A stretch of 32,000 nucleotides of DNA, from contig NZ_CP036280.1 in assembly GCF_007748075.1 (NCBI RefSeq), positions 90,001 to 122,000 on the forward strand, given 5' to 3'. A model generated the notes under the pieces. That model did not search any database, had not been told where the DNA came from, and worked only from the letters and a program-made list of their open reading frames with translations. Made by a program: the position numbers and the translations under genes. Source of the stretch: Mucisphaera calidilacus (GTDB taxonomy: Bacteria; Planctomycetota; Phycisphaerae; Phycisphaerales; Phycisphaeraceae). Shown piece after piece: positions 16,480 to 24,423 of this stretch (its first letter is position 1; each line of letters starts with the position of its first letter).

Positions 16480-17304
16480 TCAGCGCTGGCCCGCGTCGCC
16501 GAAGCCGTTCCAGTAGCCGTTGTCGAGGGCCTCGTCGTTGTCGAAGTCGTCGAGTGAGACGGCGGAGACCGATTCGGCGTGGCCGTCGGCGAAGGTGAAC
16601 TCGCTGGTGCTGCCGCCGCGGTCAACAGGCGTCGAACGCGTGTTGGCGTAGTAGCCCGAGGGCTTGCCGCTGCCACGCTCCGAGGGGAGCGGCGGGTCAA
16701 TGACATACTGACCCTCGGTGCCGCCGTCGGCACCCTCCGTGTCGCCGATCACCACGGTCTGCGAGGCCGCGTAGACCGTCTCGACAGCCCGGCGGAACTC
16801 AACGCCGTTGCGGGCGTTGCCCAGGTACTGATAGTTGTAGCCATAGCCGCCCCAGCGGTTGTAATCGGCGTCGGGGTCGCCCTGACCGGAGTAGTCGCGC
16901 TGGGGGTTCTGGGCCGCCTTGAGAGCATCGACGTTGCTTGCCTCGTGCCACCACGTCTTGGCGAGGATCGATTCGTCGATGTCGATGTGCGGGTTGATGA
17001 AGACGTCCGTGCTCTGGATGTAGGGGTAGAGGTAGTCGGCCCAGCGCGGCTTGGCGCCGTTGGCGGGCCGGTTGCTGCTGGGGATCGTCGACGAGTGCCA
17101 GGGGAAGCGGCCGTCCTGCTCCACGAGGAAGCTGGTGAGGGCGATTGACCCGATCTGGCGGGTGTTGGAGAGGCTCTGGGCGTCCTTGGCGAGGGTCCGG
17201 GCGCTGCCGAGGGCCGGCAGGAGGATGCCGATGAGCAGGGCGATGATCGAGATCACGACAAGCAGTTCGATCAGGGTGAAGGCGCGGTTGCGGGCTGCGG
17301 GCAT
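16480..17304 (-). CDS. Prepilin-type N-terminal cleavage/methylation domain protein (pseudopilin, H-X9-DG / DUF1559-like)
   Basis: An internal ATG at 17302-17304, with GGAAAGGA upstream, gives MPAARNRA|FTLIELLVVISIIALLIGILLPAL, the class III signal plus hydrophobic helix. The C-terminal FTFADGHAESV matches the H-X9-DG idiom. The track start at 17391 is TTG and adds 29 implausible residues. Confidence 0.8.
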   Translation of the reverse strand: MPAARNRAFTLIELLVVISIIALLIGILLPALGSARTLAKDAQSLSNTRQIGSIALTSFLVEQDGRFPWHSSTIPSSNRPANGAKPRWADYLYPYIQSTDVFINPHIDIDESILAKTWWHEASNVDALKAAQNPQRDYSGQGDPDADYNRWGGYGYNYQYLGNARNGVEFRRAVETVYAASQTVVIGDTEGADGGTEGQYVIDPPLPSERGSGKPSGYYANTRSTPVDRGGSTSEFTFADGHAESVSAVSLDDFDNDEALDNGYWNGFGDAGQR

Positions 17305-17362
17305 GGTTGGGTCCTTTCCGCGTGGGGGTAAATAACTGAGAATCAATCTCAGGAAGATCGAG

Positions 17363-17391
17363 AGCATAGGGATACTGAGAGTCAGTTGCAA
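17363..17391 (-). promoter_or_regulatory. Candidate sigma70-like promoter for the pseudopilin gene
   Basis: On the minus strand, TTGCAA (17386-17391), a 17-nt spacer and TATGCT (17363-17368) lie ~58 nt upstream of the ATG at 17304 in a locally AT-richer stretch. This is a motif match only, and promoter consensus in this lineage is not established. Confidence 0.25.
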
Positions 17392-17476
17392 ATTAGATTT
17401 ACGGGTAAACCCCTAGGCGCCCTTGGGGCGGGCACCCCGGACCCTGAATCCGGCCCGAATCCCCTAGCATGCGTCC

Positions 17477-18316
17477 ATGCTCACCCACCGCATCATCCCC
17501 TGCCTCGATGTGAAGTCCGGGCGTGTCGTCAAAGGCGTCAACTTCGTCGACCTCGTCGACGCGGGCGACCCGGTCCAGATCGCCCGCGCTTACGACGAGC
17601 AGGGAGCCGACGAACTCGTCTTTCTCGATATCACCGCCAGCCACGAGGGCCGCGGGATCATCCACGACGTCGTCCGGCAGGTCGCCGAGCAGTGCTTCAT
17701 GCCCTTTACCGTCGGCGGGGGCATCCGCACCATTGACGACGTGACCGCGCTCATCCAGGCCGGTGCCGAGAAGGTGAGTATCAACACCGCCGCCGTCGTG
17801 ACGCCGGAGATCGTGAGCCAGACCGCCCGACGCTTCGGCACCTGCGCGACCGTCGTCAACATCGACCCCAAACGCGTGCCCATCGACGATTACCTCAGCC
17901 GAGCGGGTAAGGACGCCCCGGTCACCGAGTCGACCGAGCGGCCCGGGACCTGTTTCGAAGTGCACACCCATGGCGGGCGCACGCCCGTCGGGCTGGATGC
18001 GTTGGACTGGGCCCAACGCGTCGTCGAACTCGGCGCCGGCGAGATCGTCCTGACCTCGATGGATGGCGACGGCACCCAGACCGGTTATGACATCGAGATC
18101 ACCCGGCTGGTCGCTCAGGCCGTGAGCGTGCCCGTGGTCGCCTCAGGGGGCGCGGGGAGTCCCGAGCACATCGCCGACGTGCTCGAGGAGGGCTGTGCCG
18201 ATGCGGCTTTGGCCGCGAGCATCTTCCACTTCGGGACCTACACGATCGCCGAGACCAAGGAATATCTGGCCCGGCGCGGCCTGCCGGTGCGTACAGTCGT
18301 TCCCCTCGCCTCTTGA
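17477..18316 (+). CDS. hisF: Imidazole glycerol phosphate synthase, cyclase subunit
   Basis: 279-aa ORF: [110 protein letters not shown] ~15-aa insertion precedes FEVHTHGGR. Confidence 0.92.
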   Translation: MLTHRIIPCLDVKSGRVVKGVNFVDLVDAGDPVQIARAYDEQGADELVFLDITASHEGRGIIHDVVRQVAEQCFMPFTVGGGIRTIDDVTALIQAGAEKVSINTAAVVTPEIVSQTARRFGTCATVVNIDPKRVPIDDYLSRAGKDAPVTESTERPGTCFEVHTHGGRTPVGLDALDWAQRVVELGAGEIVLTSMDGDGTQTGYDIEITRLVAQAVSVPVVASGGAGSPEHIADVLEEGCADAALAASIFHFGTYTIAETKEYLARRGLPVRTVVPLAS

Positions 18317-18437
18317 CCATCCGGCTGGATCGGGGGAGGATGACAGGTCCGTAACCGGGCAGGGATGCCGCGGCTTTCAGGATCAACCGGATGATCCGTT
18401 CCTGCGCGAGCGCAATCCGTCGTTTCGAGGCCAGTCT

Positions 18438-19640
18438 GTGACCCAATCGTCCCCGCATTCCAGTTCGAGTGGCAGCTCCCACGGCACCTCCTTCGGCACG
18501 TCCTTCGGCGACCCGGTGCCCGTCGACCACGTCGACCAGAAGCGTTCGCTCAGCGACACGCCGCTCAAGAAGTTTTTCAAGGCGGCGATCCAGTTCGAGT
18601 CGTCCGACGTCATCATGCGCGCCGGTCAGGTCCCCAAGCTGCGCGTCAAGGGGGCGCTCAAGGCACTTGACCACCCGGCGATCCCCGAGACCCAGTTCGA
18701 ACGCTGGGTCGAGCAGGGCCTCTCCGAGGCGCAGTTCCAGTACTACGCCGAGCACGGCTCGATCGACCTCGGCATCGACGTCGAGACAGGCGGCAAGGCC
18801 CACCGCTTCCGCGTCAACGTCTTCCGGACCCGCGGACGCTCCGCCATCGCCGCACGCCGCGTCAGCGCCGAGATCCTCGATTTCTCCCAGCTCCACCTCC
18901 CCCCGGTGATGGAGAAGATCTGCCAGGTCCATCAGGGCCTCGTGCTGCTCTGCGGCGTCACCGGCTCGGGCAAGTCGACCACCATCGCCTCGATGCTCGA
19001 CCACATCGCCCAGGAACGCTACTGCCACATCCTCACGATCGAAGACCCCATCGAGTACATCTTCGCCGACGAAGACCGCAAGGCCTCGATCAACCAGCGT
19101 GAGGTCGGCATCGACGTGCCCGACTTCCCGTATGCCCTGCGTGCCATGGTTCGCGAGAACCCCGACGTCGTGCTCATCGGCGAGATGCGTGACCGCGAGA
19201 CGTTCGAGGCAGCGCTCCAGGCCGCCGAGACCGGCCACCTCGTCTTCGGCACGATCCACGCGTCGTCCGCGACCCAGGCCTTCGGGCGTATCTACGACCT
19301 CTTCCCGCAGGAAGAGCGTGAGGCGATTCGCGGCCTGCTCGCCTTCCAGCTCCAGGCGTTCGTCTACCAGAAGCTGCTGCCGACGATTAAGCCAGAGATG
19401 CAGCGCGTCCCCGCCGTCGAGATCCTGCTCCAGACCCCGCCCGTGCGCAAGTACATCCTTGAGGGACGCGAGGACGAGTTGCAGGAGGTCATCAAGGACA
19501 GCCGCGAGGACGGCATGCAGACCTTCACCGACAGCCTTGTTGACCTGGTGGAGACCAATTACATTCACCCCCGCGTGGCGCAGAGTGCAGCGCCATCGGC
19601 CGAGGAGCTCAAGATGCGGCTCCGCGGCATCACGAACTGA
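18438..19640 (+). CDS. pilT: PilT/PilU-family type IV pilus retraction-type ATPase (catalytic motifs intact)
   Basis: Walker A LLCGVTGSGKSTT, Asp box ILTIEDPIEY, Walker B DVVLIGEMRDRET, His box TGHLVFGTIHASS, C-terminal PVRKYILEGRE...GMQTF. The track start at 18195 (GTG) overlaps hisF by 122 nt. The first canonical in-frame start after the hisF stop is GTG 18438-18440, with GAGG 7 nt upstream. That start gives 400 aa with a Ser/Gly-rich N-terminal extension (SSPHSSSSGSSHGTSFGTSFG). The start is uncertain. Confidence 0.85.
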   Translation: MTQSSPHSSSSGSSHGTSFGTSFGDPVPVDHVDQKRSLSDTPLKKFFKAAIQFESSDVIMRAGQVPKLRVKGALKALDHPAIPETQFERWVEQGLSEAQFQYYAEHGSIDLGIDVETGGKAHRFRVNVFRTRGRSAIAARRVSAEILDFSQLHLPPVMEKICQVHQGLVLLCGVTGSGKSTTIASMLDHIAQERYCHILTIEDPIEYIFADEDRKASINQREVGIDVPDFPYALRAMVRENPDVVLIGEMRDRETFEAALQAAETGHLVFGTIHASSATQAFGRIYDLFPQEEREAIRGLLAFQLQAFVYQKLLPTIKPEMQRVPAVEILLQTPPVRKYILEGREDELQEVIKDSREDGMQTFTDSLVDLVETNYIHPRVAQSAAPSAEELKMRLRGITN

Positions 19641-19706
19641 CCGCGTTTTTCCCTACGGACCCACGAAGCCCGCACCCGGGCTTGCAGGACCCAACCCGAG
19701 AGAAGC

Positions 19707-21347
19707 ATGACCCCCGCGACGCTGGCCCAGGCCGAGACCGTCTTCCTGCTGAGTTGGTTCAAACCCATTGTGGTGCTCGCCGTGCTGATCGGCTGGGCAC
19801 GCATGGTCTCGACCTTCGACAAGGACCTCGAATACTTCCACCTCCCGCGGATGCTCTGGAACGGCGGGCACATGCTCGCGGCGGTCGCCGGCTTCGGGGC
19901 GATCTTCCTGATCCCCATCTTCTTCGTCGGCCTGCCCATCGGCCTGCTGCTGATGTTCGGATCGCTCTACGCCTACGCCAACTTCCGCAACCACCGCGTC
20001 CCCTTCGACGCACGCTGGGACCTCTCCTTCAACGGCCTCAAGGAGCAGATCACCGCCTGGCAGAAGGATCAGGCCGAGAAGCACGCCAGCCTCCGCATCG
20101 AGGGCAGCGACGGCGAGCACCTGCAGGTGCCCGTCGGCAACGACCCCCAGGTCGAGAGCCACGCCGTCCTCGCCGAGGTCCTCAACTTCGCCATCCCCCG
20201 CAACGCCGACCGCATCGAGATGACCATCGACAAGGAACTGGGCAAGGTCACCGCCCGGGTCGACGGCGTGCTCTACCCCCAGCCCGACATCGAGTCCAAG
20301 AAGGCGATGGGCGTGCTCGAGTACGTCAAGGGCGCCGCCGGCATGGACCTCTCCAGCCACCGCAAACGCGAGCAGGGGCGTCTGGGCGTCGACCTCGGCG
20401 AGTTCGGCACCCACCGCCTGGCCCTCGAAACGGCCGGGTCGACACGCGGCGTGCGCATGATCATGGACGTCAACCCCGCCAAGCAGACCAACATCCCCCT
20501 CAACCAGATCGGCCTCACCGAGACCCAGCACGACCAGATCCTCAAACTCGTCTCTGAGCCCGGCGGGACCGTCCTCATCTCCGCGCCGCCCCAGCAGGGC
20601 CTGACCACCACGCTCTACAGCATCCTGCAGGCCCACGACCCCTACACCTCCAGCGTCATCACCGTCGAAAGGCAGAAGCCCTTCGAGGTTGAGGGCGTCA
20701 ACCACCAGGAGTTCGGCGACGAGGCCTCACCCGACAAGATCAACGAGCGGCTCAAGGTGCTCCTGCGCTCCGACCCCAACGTCCTCATGATCAGCGAGGT
20801 CTTCGACGACAGCACGCCCAAGCTCATGGCACCGCTCGCCGAGGAGTGCCGTTTCTACGTCCCCATGAAGGCCGACAGCGGGTTCGAGGCGGCCAAGCGC
20901 TGGATGCGCATGGTCGGCGACCCCAAGCTCGCCACCGCCAACATCACCGCCGTGCTCCACCAGCGCCTCGTGCGCCGCCTGTGCAGCACCTGCCGGACCG
21001 CCTACAAGCCCGACCCCGCGGCTCTCAAGAAGCTCAACATCCCCGCCGACAAGGTCGACAAGCTCTACCAGGCCTCCGGACAGGTCGAGGTCAAGGGCAA
21101 GGCACGGACCTGCCCCGCCTGCATGGGCATCGGCTACCGCGGACGCATCGGCGTCTTCGAACTCATGATCTACGACGACACCGCCCGCTCGCTGCTGCGG
21201 CAGGGCGACTTCGACAACCTGCGCACCCACCTCCGCAAGCAGAAACTGCAGTACCTCCAGGAAGCGGCCCTCGCCAAGGTCGTCAGCGGAGAGACGGACA
21301 TCAAGGAAATCACGCGGGTACTGGGCGGATCCAAGACCGCCTCCTGA
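19707..21347 (+). CDS. Membrane-anchored GspE/PilB-family paralogue with degenerate nucleotide-binding motifs (predicted pseudo-ATPase)
   Basis: 546-aa ORF. Residues ~11-93 form three hydrophobic helices: TVFLLSWFKPIVVLAVLIGWARMV, GGHMLAAVAGFGAIFLIPIFFV, GLPIGLLLMFGSLYAYANF. The N2-like domain is present: NADRIEMTIDKELGKVTARVDGVLYP...REQGRLGV. At the Walker A position the sequence reads ISAPPQQGLTTTLYS (nt 20583-20612) instead of GPTGSGKTTTLY. The Asp box reads ITVERQKPFE, the Walker B region DPNVLMISEVFD, and the His-box region ECRFYVPMKADS. The tetracysteine motif is retained: CSTC...CPACMGIGYRGRIGVFE (nt 20982-21122). Confidence 0.75.
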   Translation: MTPATLAQAETVFLLSWFKPIVVLAVLIGWARMVSTFDKDLEYFHLPRMLWNGGHMLAAVAGFGAIFLIPIFFVGLPIGLLLMFGSLYAYANFRNHRVPFDARWDLSFNGLKEQITAWQKDQAEKHASLRIEGSDGEHLQVPVGNDPQVESHAVLAEVLNFAIPRNADRIEMTIDKELGKVTARVDGVLYPQPDIESKKAMGVLEYVKGAAGMDLSSHRKREQGRLGVDLGEFGTHRLALETAGSTRGVRMIMDVNPAKQTNIPLNQIGLTETQHDQILKLVSEPGGTVLISAPPQQGLTTTLYSILQAHDPYTSSVITVERQKPFEVEGVNHQEFGDEASPDKINERLKVLLRSDPNVLMISEVFDDSTPKLMAPLAEECRFYVPMKADSGFEAAKRWMRMVGDPKLATANITAVLHQRLVRRLCSTCRTAYKPDPAALKKLNIPADKVDKLYQASGQVEVKGKARTCPACMGIGYRGRIGVFELMIYDDTARSLLRQGDFDNLRTHLRKQKLQYLQEAALAKVVSGETDIKEITRVLGGSKTAS

Positions 21348-21372
21348 CACCCGACCGGCCGGAGCCAGCCCC

Positions 21373-23046
21373 ATGTATGTGAGTATCGCTGTCATCCTTT
21401 ACCTGCTGCTGATGGCCACCCTGTGGTCTACTCAGGGGCTCTTCTCGGCCTTCATCCACCTCGTGATCGTGCTGGTCGCCGGGACCATCGCCTTCTCGCT
21501 GTGGGAACCGATCTCCGTGGGCCTGATCATGCCCTGGCTGCCCCACATGGCCTGGTCGCTCGGCCTGCTCATCCCCTTCGCGGTCCTGCTCATCGGTCTG
21601 CGCACCATGGCCGACACCGTCGTGCCCAGCAACATCCGCTTGCCCGGCATGGTCAACACGATCCTTGGCGGCATGCTTGGCGTCATTTCCGGCTGGCTCA
21701 CCGCGGGTATCGCCATCATCGGTTTCGGCTTCATGCCCCTCTCCGCCGACCTCTTCGGCTACCAGCCCTACGTCATCAACGCCGACGGAACCACCAGCGC
21801 CAACAGCGACCTCTGGGTCGAAGTCGACACATTGACCAACGACGTCTTCCAGATGCTCTCCAACGGCGCAATGGCCTCGGCCACGCCCATGGCGGTCTAC
21901 CAGCCCGACCTCCGCGAGCAGAGCAGCGTCGTCCGCCTGAAGCTCGACGAGTACGCCTCCATGGTCGCCGGCCCCGAGGCCGTCACCGTCGAGAACGTCG
22001 TGGTGCAGGACCTCCCGACCGAGGAACTGCCCGCCGCGTCCCTGCAGGCCCTGCCCGTGCTCGCCGAGGGCGATCAGCAACTGGTCATCGTCGATCTCAA
22101 GATCGTCAAGAGCAAGGGCACGTTCGACGGCGACTCGACGCTCCGCCTGCCACCGACCCACGTGCGCCTGCTCGCCGGCCCGCCCGGACAGTCGGACTAC
22201 GTCCCCCCGATCGCCTTCTCACGCCTGACCGACCCGAGGACCGGCGAACGCGTTCTCGTCCCGATCGACAACGACCGCGTCTCCGCCGACGGCGCTCAGC
22301 AGGAGCAGGTCATCGCCTGGGCCTTCGTGATCCCCGCGCGGGACGAGGCCCGCTTCATCATGGTCCGCAACATCCGCCTGCCGCTGAACAACTCCGAGGC
22401 CGACGCGGTCCAGGCCGCCTCCCTGCTGGGCATGCCCGAGAACCCCGAACCCGAGGTGACCGAACCCGCCGGCCCGCAGACCGTCACGGAGGCGGGCGAC
22501 CGCCAGGGCATCCGCACCGGGCACGTCGCCGACCTGGGCGAAGTCACCGCCAGCCTGCCCCGACCCATCAGCCGAAACGCGGCCACCGGGCTCGACGTCC
22601 GACGCGTCGACGAGGAGTACATGATCTTCTCGGGCAACGGCAGCGTGAAGAAGCCCCAAGGCGTCCAGCTCTCGCGACGCACCCGCGTCACCAGCTTCTA
22701 CGTGCCCGACCACATGGGCATGGTCCGCGTCCGTCTCGACGACGACGGCGCCAGCTCGCTCCTCGGACGCGCCCGCGCCTCCGCCGCGTCGCTGCAGGGC
22801 ATCTGGCTCGTCGACGACCGTGGCACGCAGTGGTTCCCCCACGCCTACGTCCTCAGCTCAGGCGACGGCACCCAGAACATCAAGTGCGACCCCGAGGTCA
22901 ACATCCGCTCGGCACGCGAGCTGCCCCTCAACGAGCTCGGCGACGACGACGAACTCTACCTCTACTTCCAGGTCCCCAAGGGCACGGAGATCGTCGAGTA
23001 CCACGTTGGCCGAACCATCCAGGACCTGCGCCTGAACGTCGAGTGA
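21373..23046 (+). CDS. Polytopic membrane protein with CvpA-like N-terminal domain and ~430-aa C-terminal soluble region
   Basis: 557-aa ORF, 25 nt after the preceding gene, with GGAG upstream. There are four hydrophobic helices, and the pre-TM4 motif RLPGMVNTILGGMLGVISGWLTAGIAI is comparable to E. coli CvpA SGTDRVLGVCFGALRGVLIVAAIL. The C-terminal region has no motif I recognise with certainty. Confidence 0.55.
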   Translation: MYVSIAVILYLLLMATLWSTQGLFSAFIHLVIVLVAGTIAFSLWEPISVGLIMPWLPHMAWSLGLLIPFAVLLIGLRTMADTVVPSNIRLPGMVNTILGGMLGVISGWLTAGIAIIGFGFMPLSADLFGYQPYVINADGTTSANSDLWVEVDTLTNDVFQMLSNGAMASATPMAVYQPDLREQSSVVRLKLDEYASMVAGPEAVTVENVVVQDLPTEELPAASLQALPVLAEGDQQLVIVDLKIVKSKGTFDGDSTLRLPPTHVRLLAGPPGQSDYVPPIAFSRLTDPRTGERVLVPIDNDRVSADGAQQEQVIAWAFVIPARDEARFIMVRNIRLPLNNSEADAVQAASLLGMPENPEPEVTEPAGPQTVTEAGDRQGIRTGHVADLGEVTASLPRPISRNAATGLDVRRVDEEYMIFSGNGSVKKPQGVQLSRRTRVTSFYVPDHMGMVRVRLDDDGASSLLGRARASAASLQGIWLVDDRGTQWFPHAYVLSSGDGTQNIKCDPEVNIRSARELPLNELGDDDELYLYFQVPKGTEIVEYHVGRTIQDLRLNVE

Positions 23047-23053
23047 TGCCGAC

Positions 23054-24400
23054 GTGAACCGAACGCCTACCCCCTTGTCACGGCGACGCGTCACCGTCAT
23101 GGGACTCGGTCGTTTCGGCGGCGGCGTCGGCGTCACGCGCTTCCTCGCCGAACACGACGCCCGCATCCTCCTCACCGACACCCTTGATCAAGACCGGCTC
23201 GGCCCGAGCCTCGATTCCCTCCGCGACCTCATCGACGACGGCCGCATCGAGCTGCGCCTGGGCGAACACCGCGAAGACGATTTTACGTCCGCCGACCTCG
23301 TCGTCGTCAACCCCGCCGTCAACCCCGCGACCAACGCCTACACCCGTGCCGCCTCGAACGCCGGCGTCCCGCTGACCTCCGAGATCCGGCTGCTCATCGA
23401 ACGCCTGCCCACGCCTCACGTACTCGGCATCACCGGCAGCGCCGGCAAGTCGACCACAACCGTCATGCTCCATCACGCACTCGTCGACGCGCTCGGCGAC
23501 GAACGCGTCTGGCTCGGCGGGAACCTCGGCGGATCGCTGCTCATGGACCTGCCCCGCATCCAGCCCGACCACCGCGTTGTTCTCGAACTCTCCTCCTTCA
23601 TGCTCGACGGCCTCCGCCACGACCGCTGGTCGCCCCGCGTCGCCGTCGTCACCAACCTGCACCCCAATCACCTCGACTGGCACGGCAGCTTCGAGCACTA
23701 CGCCGACAGCAAGCAGCAGATCCTCGAACACCAGCAACCCCACGACGCCGCCGTCCTCGGCAGCTCGTGCGCCGACCGGCTTCGCCCGCGCACGCCGCGT
23801 GTGGTCTGGTCCGACACCTCGTGGGTCGAATCGCAGTGGCTGCCGCCACTCCGCGTCCTTGGCGAGCACAACCGCGCCAATGCCCGGCTTGCCATCGAGG
23901 CCGCCGGCCAGACCGGCTTCGACCGCAACGCCGCCGCCGCGTCACTCGCCACCTTCAACGGGCTGCCGCACCGACTGCGTGTCATCGGTGAGCGCGAGGG
24001 CGTGCGCTTCGTTGACGACTCCAAGTCCACCACGCCCGAGGCCGCGATCCTCGCCATCGACGCCTGCCGATCCGACTTCCCCGACGCTCGTCTGCACGTG
24101 ATCCTCGGCGGATACGACAAGGGCGCCGACCTCGCCCCGCTCGCCCGCCACGCCGCCGCGCACACCCACGCCATCTACGCCATCGGCCAGACCGGGCCCT
24201 CCATCCTCGATGCGGCACAGGGTCAGGATGCCGAGTGCGTCGACGCCCAAACCGTCGCTGACGCCGTCACCCATGCGCTGGGGCACACTACGCCGGGTGA
24301 CGTTGTTTTACTCTCGCCGGGTTGCGCTTCGTGGGATCAGTTCACCAACTACGAGCAACGCGGCAGGGCCTTTGCCGAGGCCGCCGGCTGCGCGCAGTAA
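23054..24400 (+). CDS. murD: UDP-N-acetylmuramoyl-L-alanine--D-glutamate ligase
   Basis: 448-aa ORF with a GTG start 7 nt after the previous stop. Motifs: VTVMGLGRFGGGVGVTRFL, LGITGSAGKSTT, GGNLGGSLL, VLELSSFML, TNLHPNHLDWHGSFEHYADSK, GEHNRANA, FNGLPHRLRVIGE..VRFVDDSKSTTPEA, ILGGYDKG, LLSPGCASWDQFTNYEQRGRAF. Confidence 0.9.
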   Translation: MNRTPTPLSRRRVTVMGLGRFGGGVGVTRFLAEHDARILLTDTLDQDRLGPSLDSLRDLIDDGRIELRLGEHREDDFTSADLVVVNPAVNPATNAYTRAASNAGVPLTSEIRLLIERLPTPHVLGITGSAGKSTTTVMLHHALVDALGDERVWLGGNLGGSLLMDLPRIQPDHRVVLELSSFMLDGLRHDRWSPRVAVVTNLHPNHLDWHGSFEHYADSKQQILEHQQPHDAAVLGSSCADRLRPRTPRVVWSDTSWVESQWLPPLRVLGEHNRANARLAIEAAGQTGFDRNAAAASLATFNGLPHRLRVIGEREGVRFVDDSKSTTPEAAILAIDACRSDFPDARLHVILGGYDKGADLAPLARHAAAHTHAIYAIGQTGPSILDAAQGQDAECVDAQTVADAVTHALGHTTPGDVVLLSPGCASWDQFTNYEQRGRAFAEAAGCAQ

Positions 24401-24423
24401 AAAACCCCGATAACGCATCGGGG
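24399..24423 (-). terminator. Intrinsic-terminator-like hairpin with U-tract on the minus strand, abutting the murD stop (possibly bidirectional)
   Basis: CCCCGA (24405-24410) pairs with TCGGGG (24418-24423) across a 7-nt loop. The plus-strand A6 at 24399-24404 reads as T6 immediately 3' of the hairpin on the minus strand. On the plus strand no T-tract follows. Confidence 0.4.

Noticed and set aside
17305-17391. Longest-ORF start for the pseudopilin (TTG 17391)
   Set aside because: It would place 29 extra residues ahead of the short basic class III leader. The internal ATG at 17304 has a GGAAAGGA ribosome-binding site and gives a canonical leader length.
18195-18437. Longest-ORF start for pilT (GTG 18195)
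   Set aside because: It would overlap hisF by 122 nt and add 81 residues of Pro/Arg/Ser-rich sequence with no PilT homology. GTG 18438 with an upstream GAGG is preferred, although a CTG at 18402 cannot be excluded.
18099-20705. Minus-strand ORFs of 489 aa (18099..19568) and 350 aa (19653..20705)
   Set aside because: They are antisense to pilT and to the GspE-like gene, with no motifs and GC-driven open frames.
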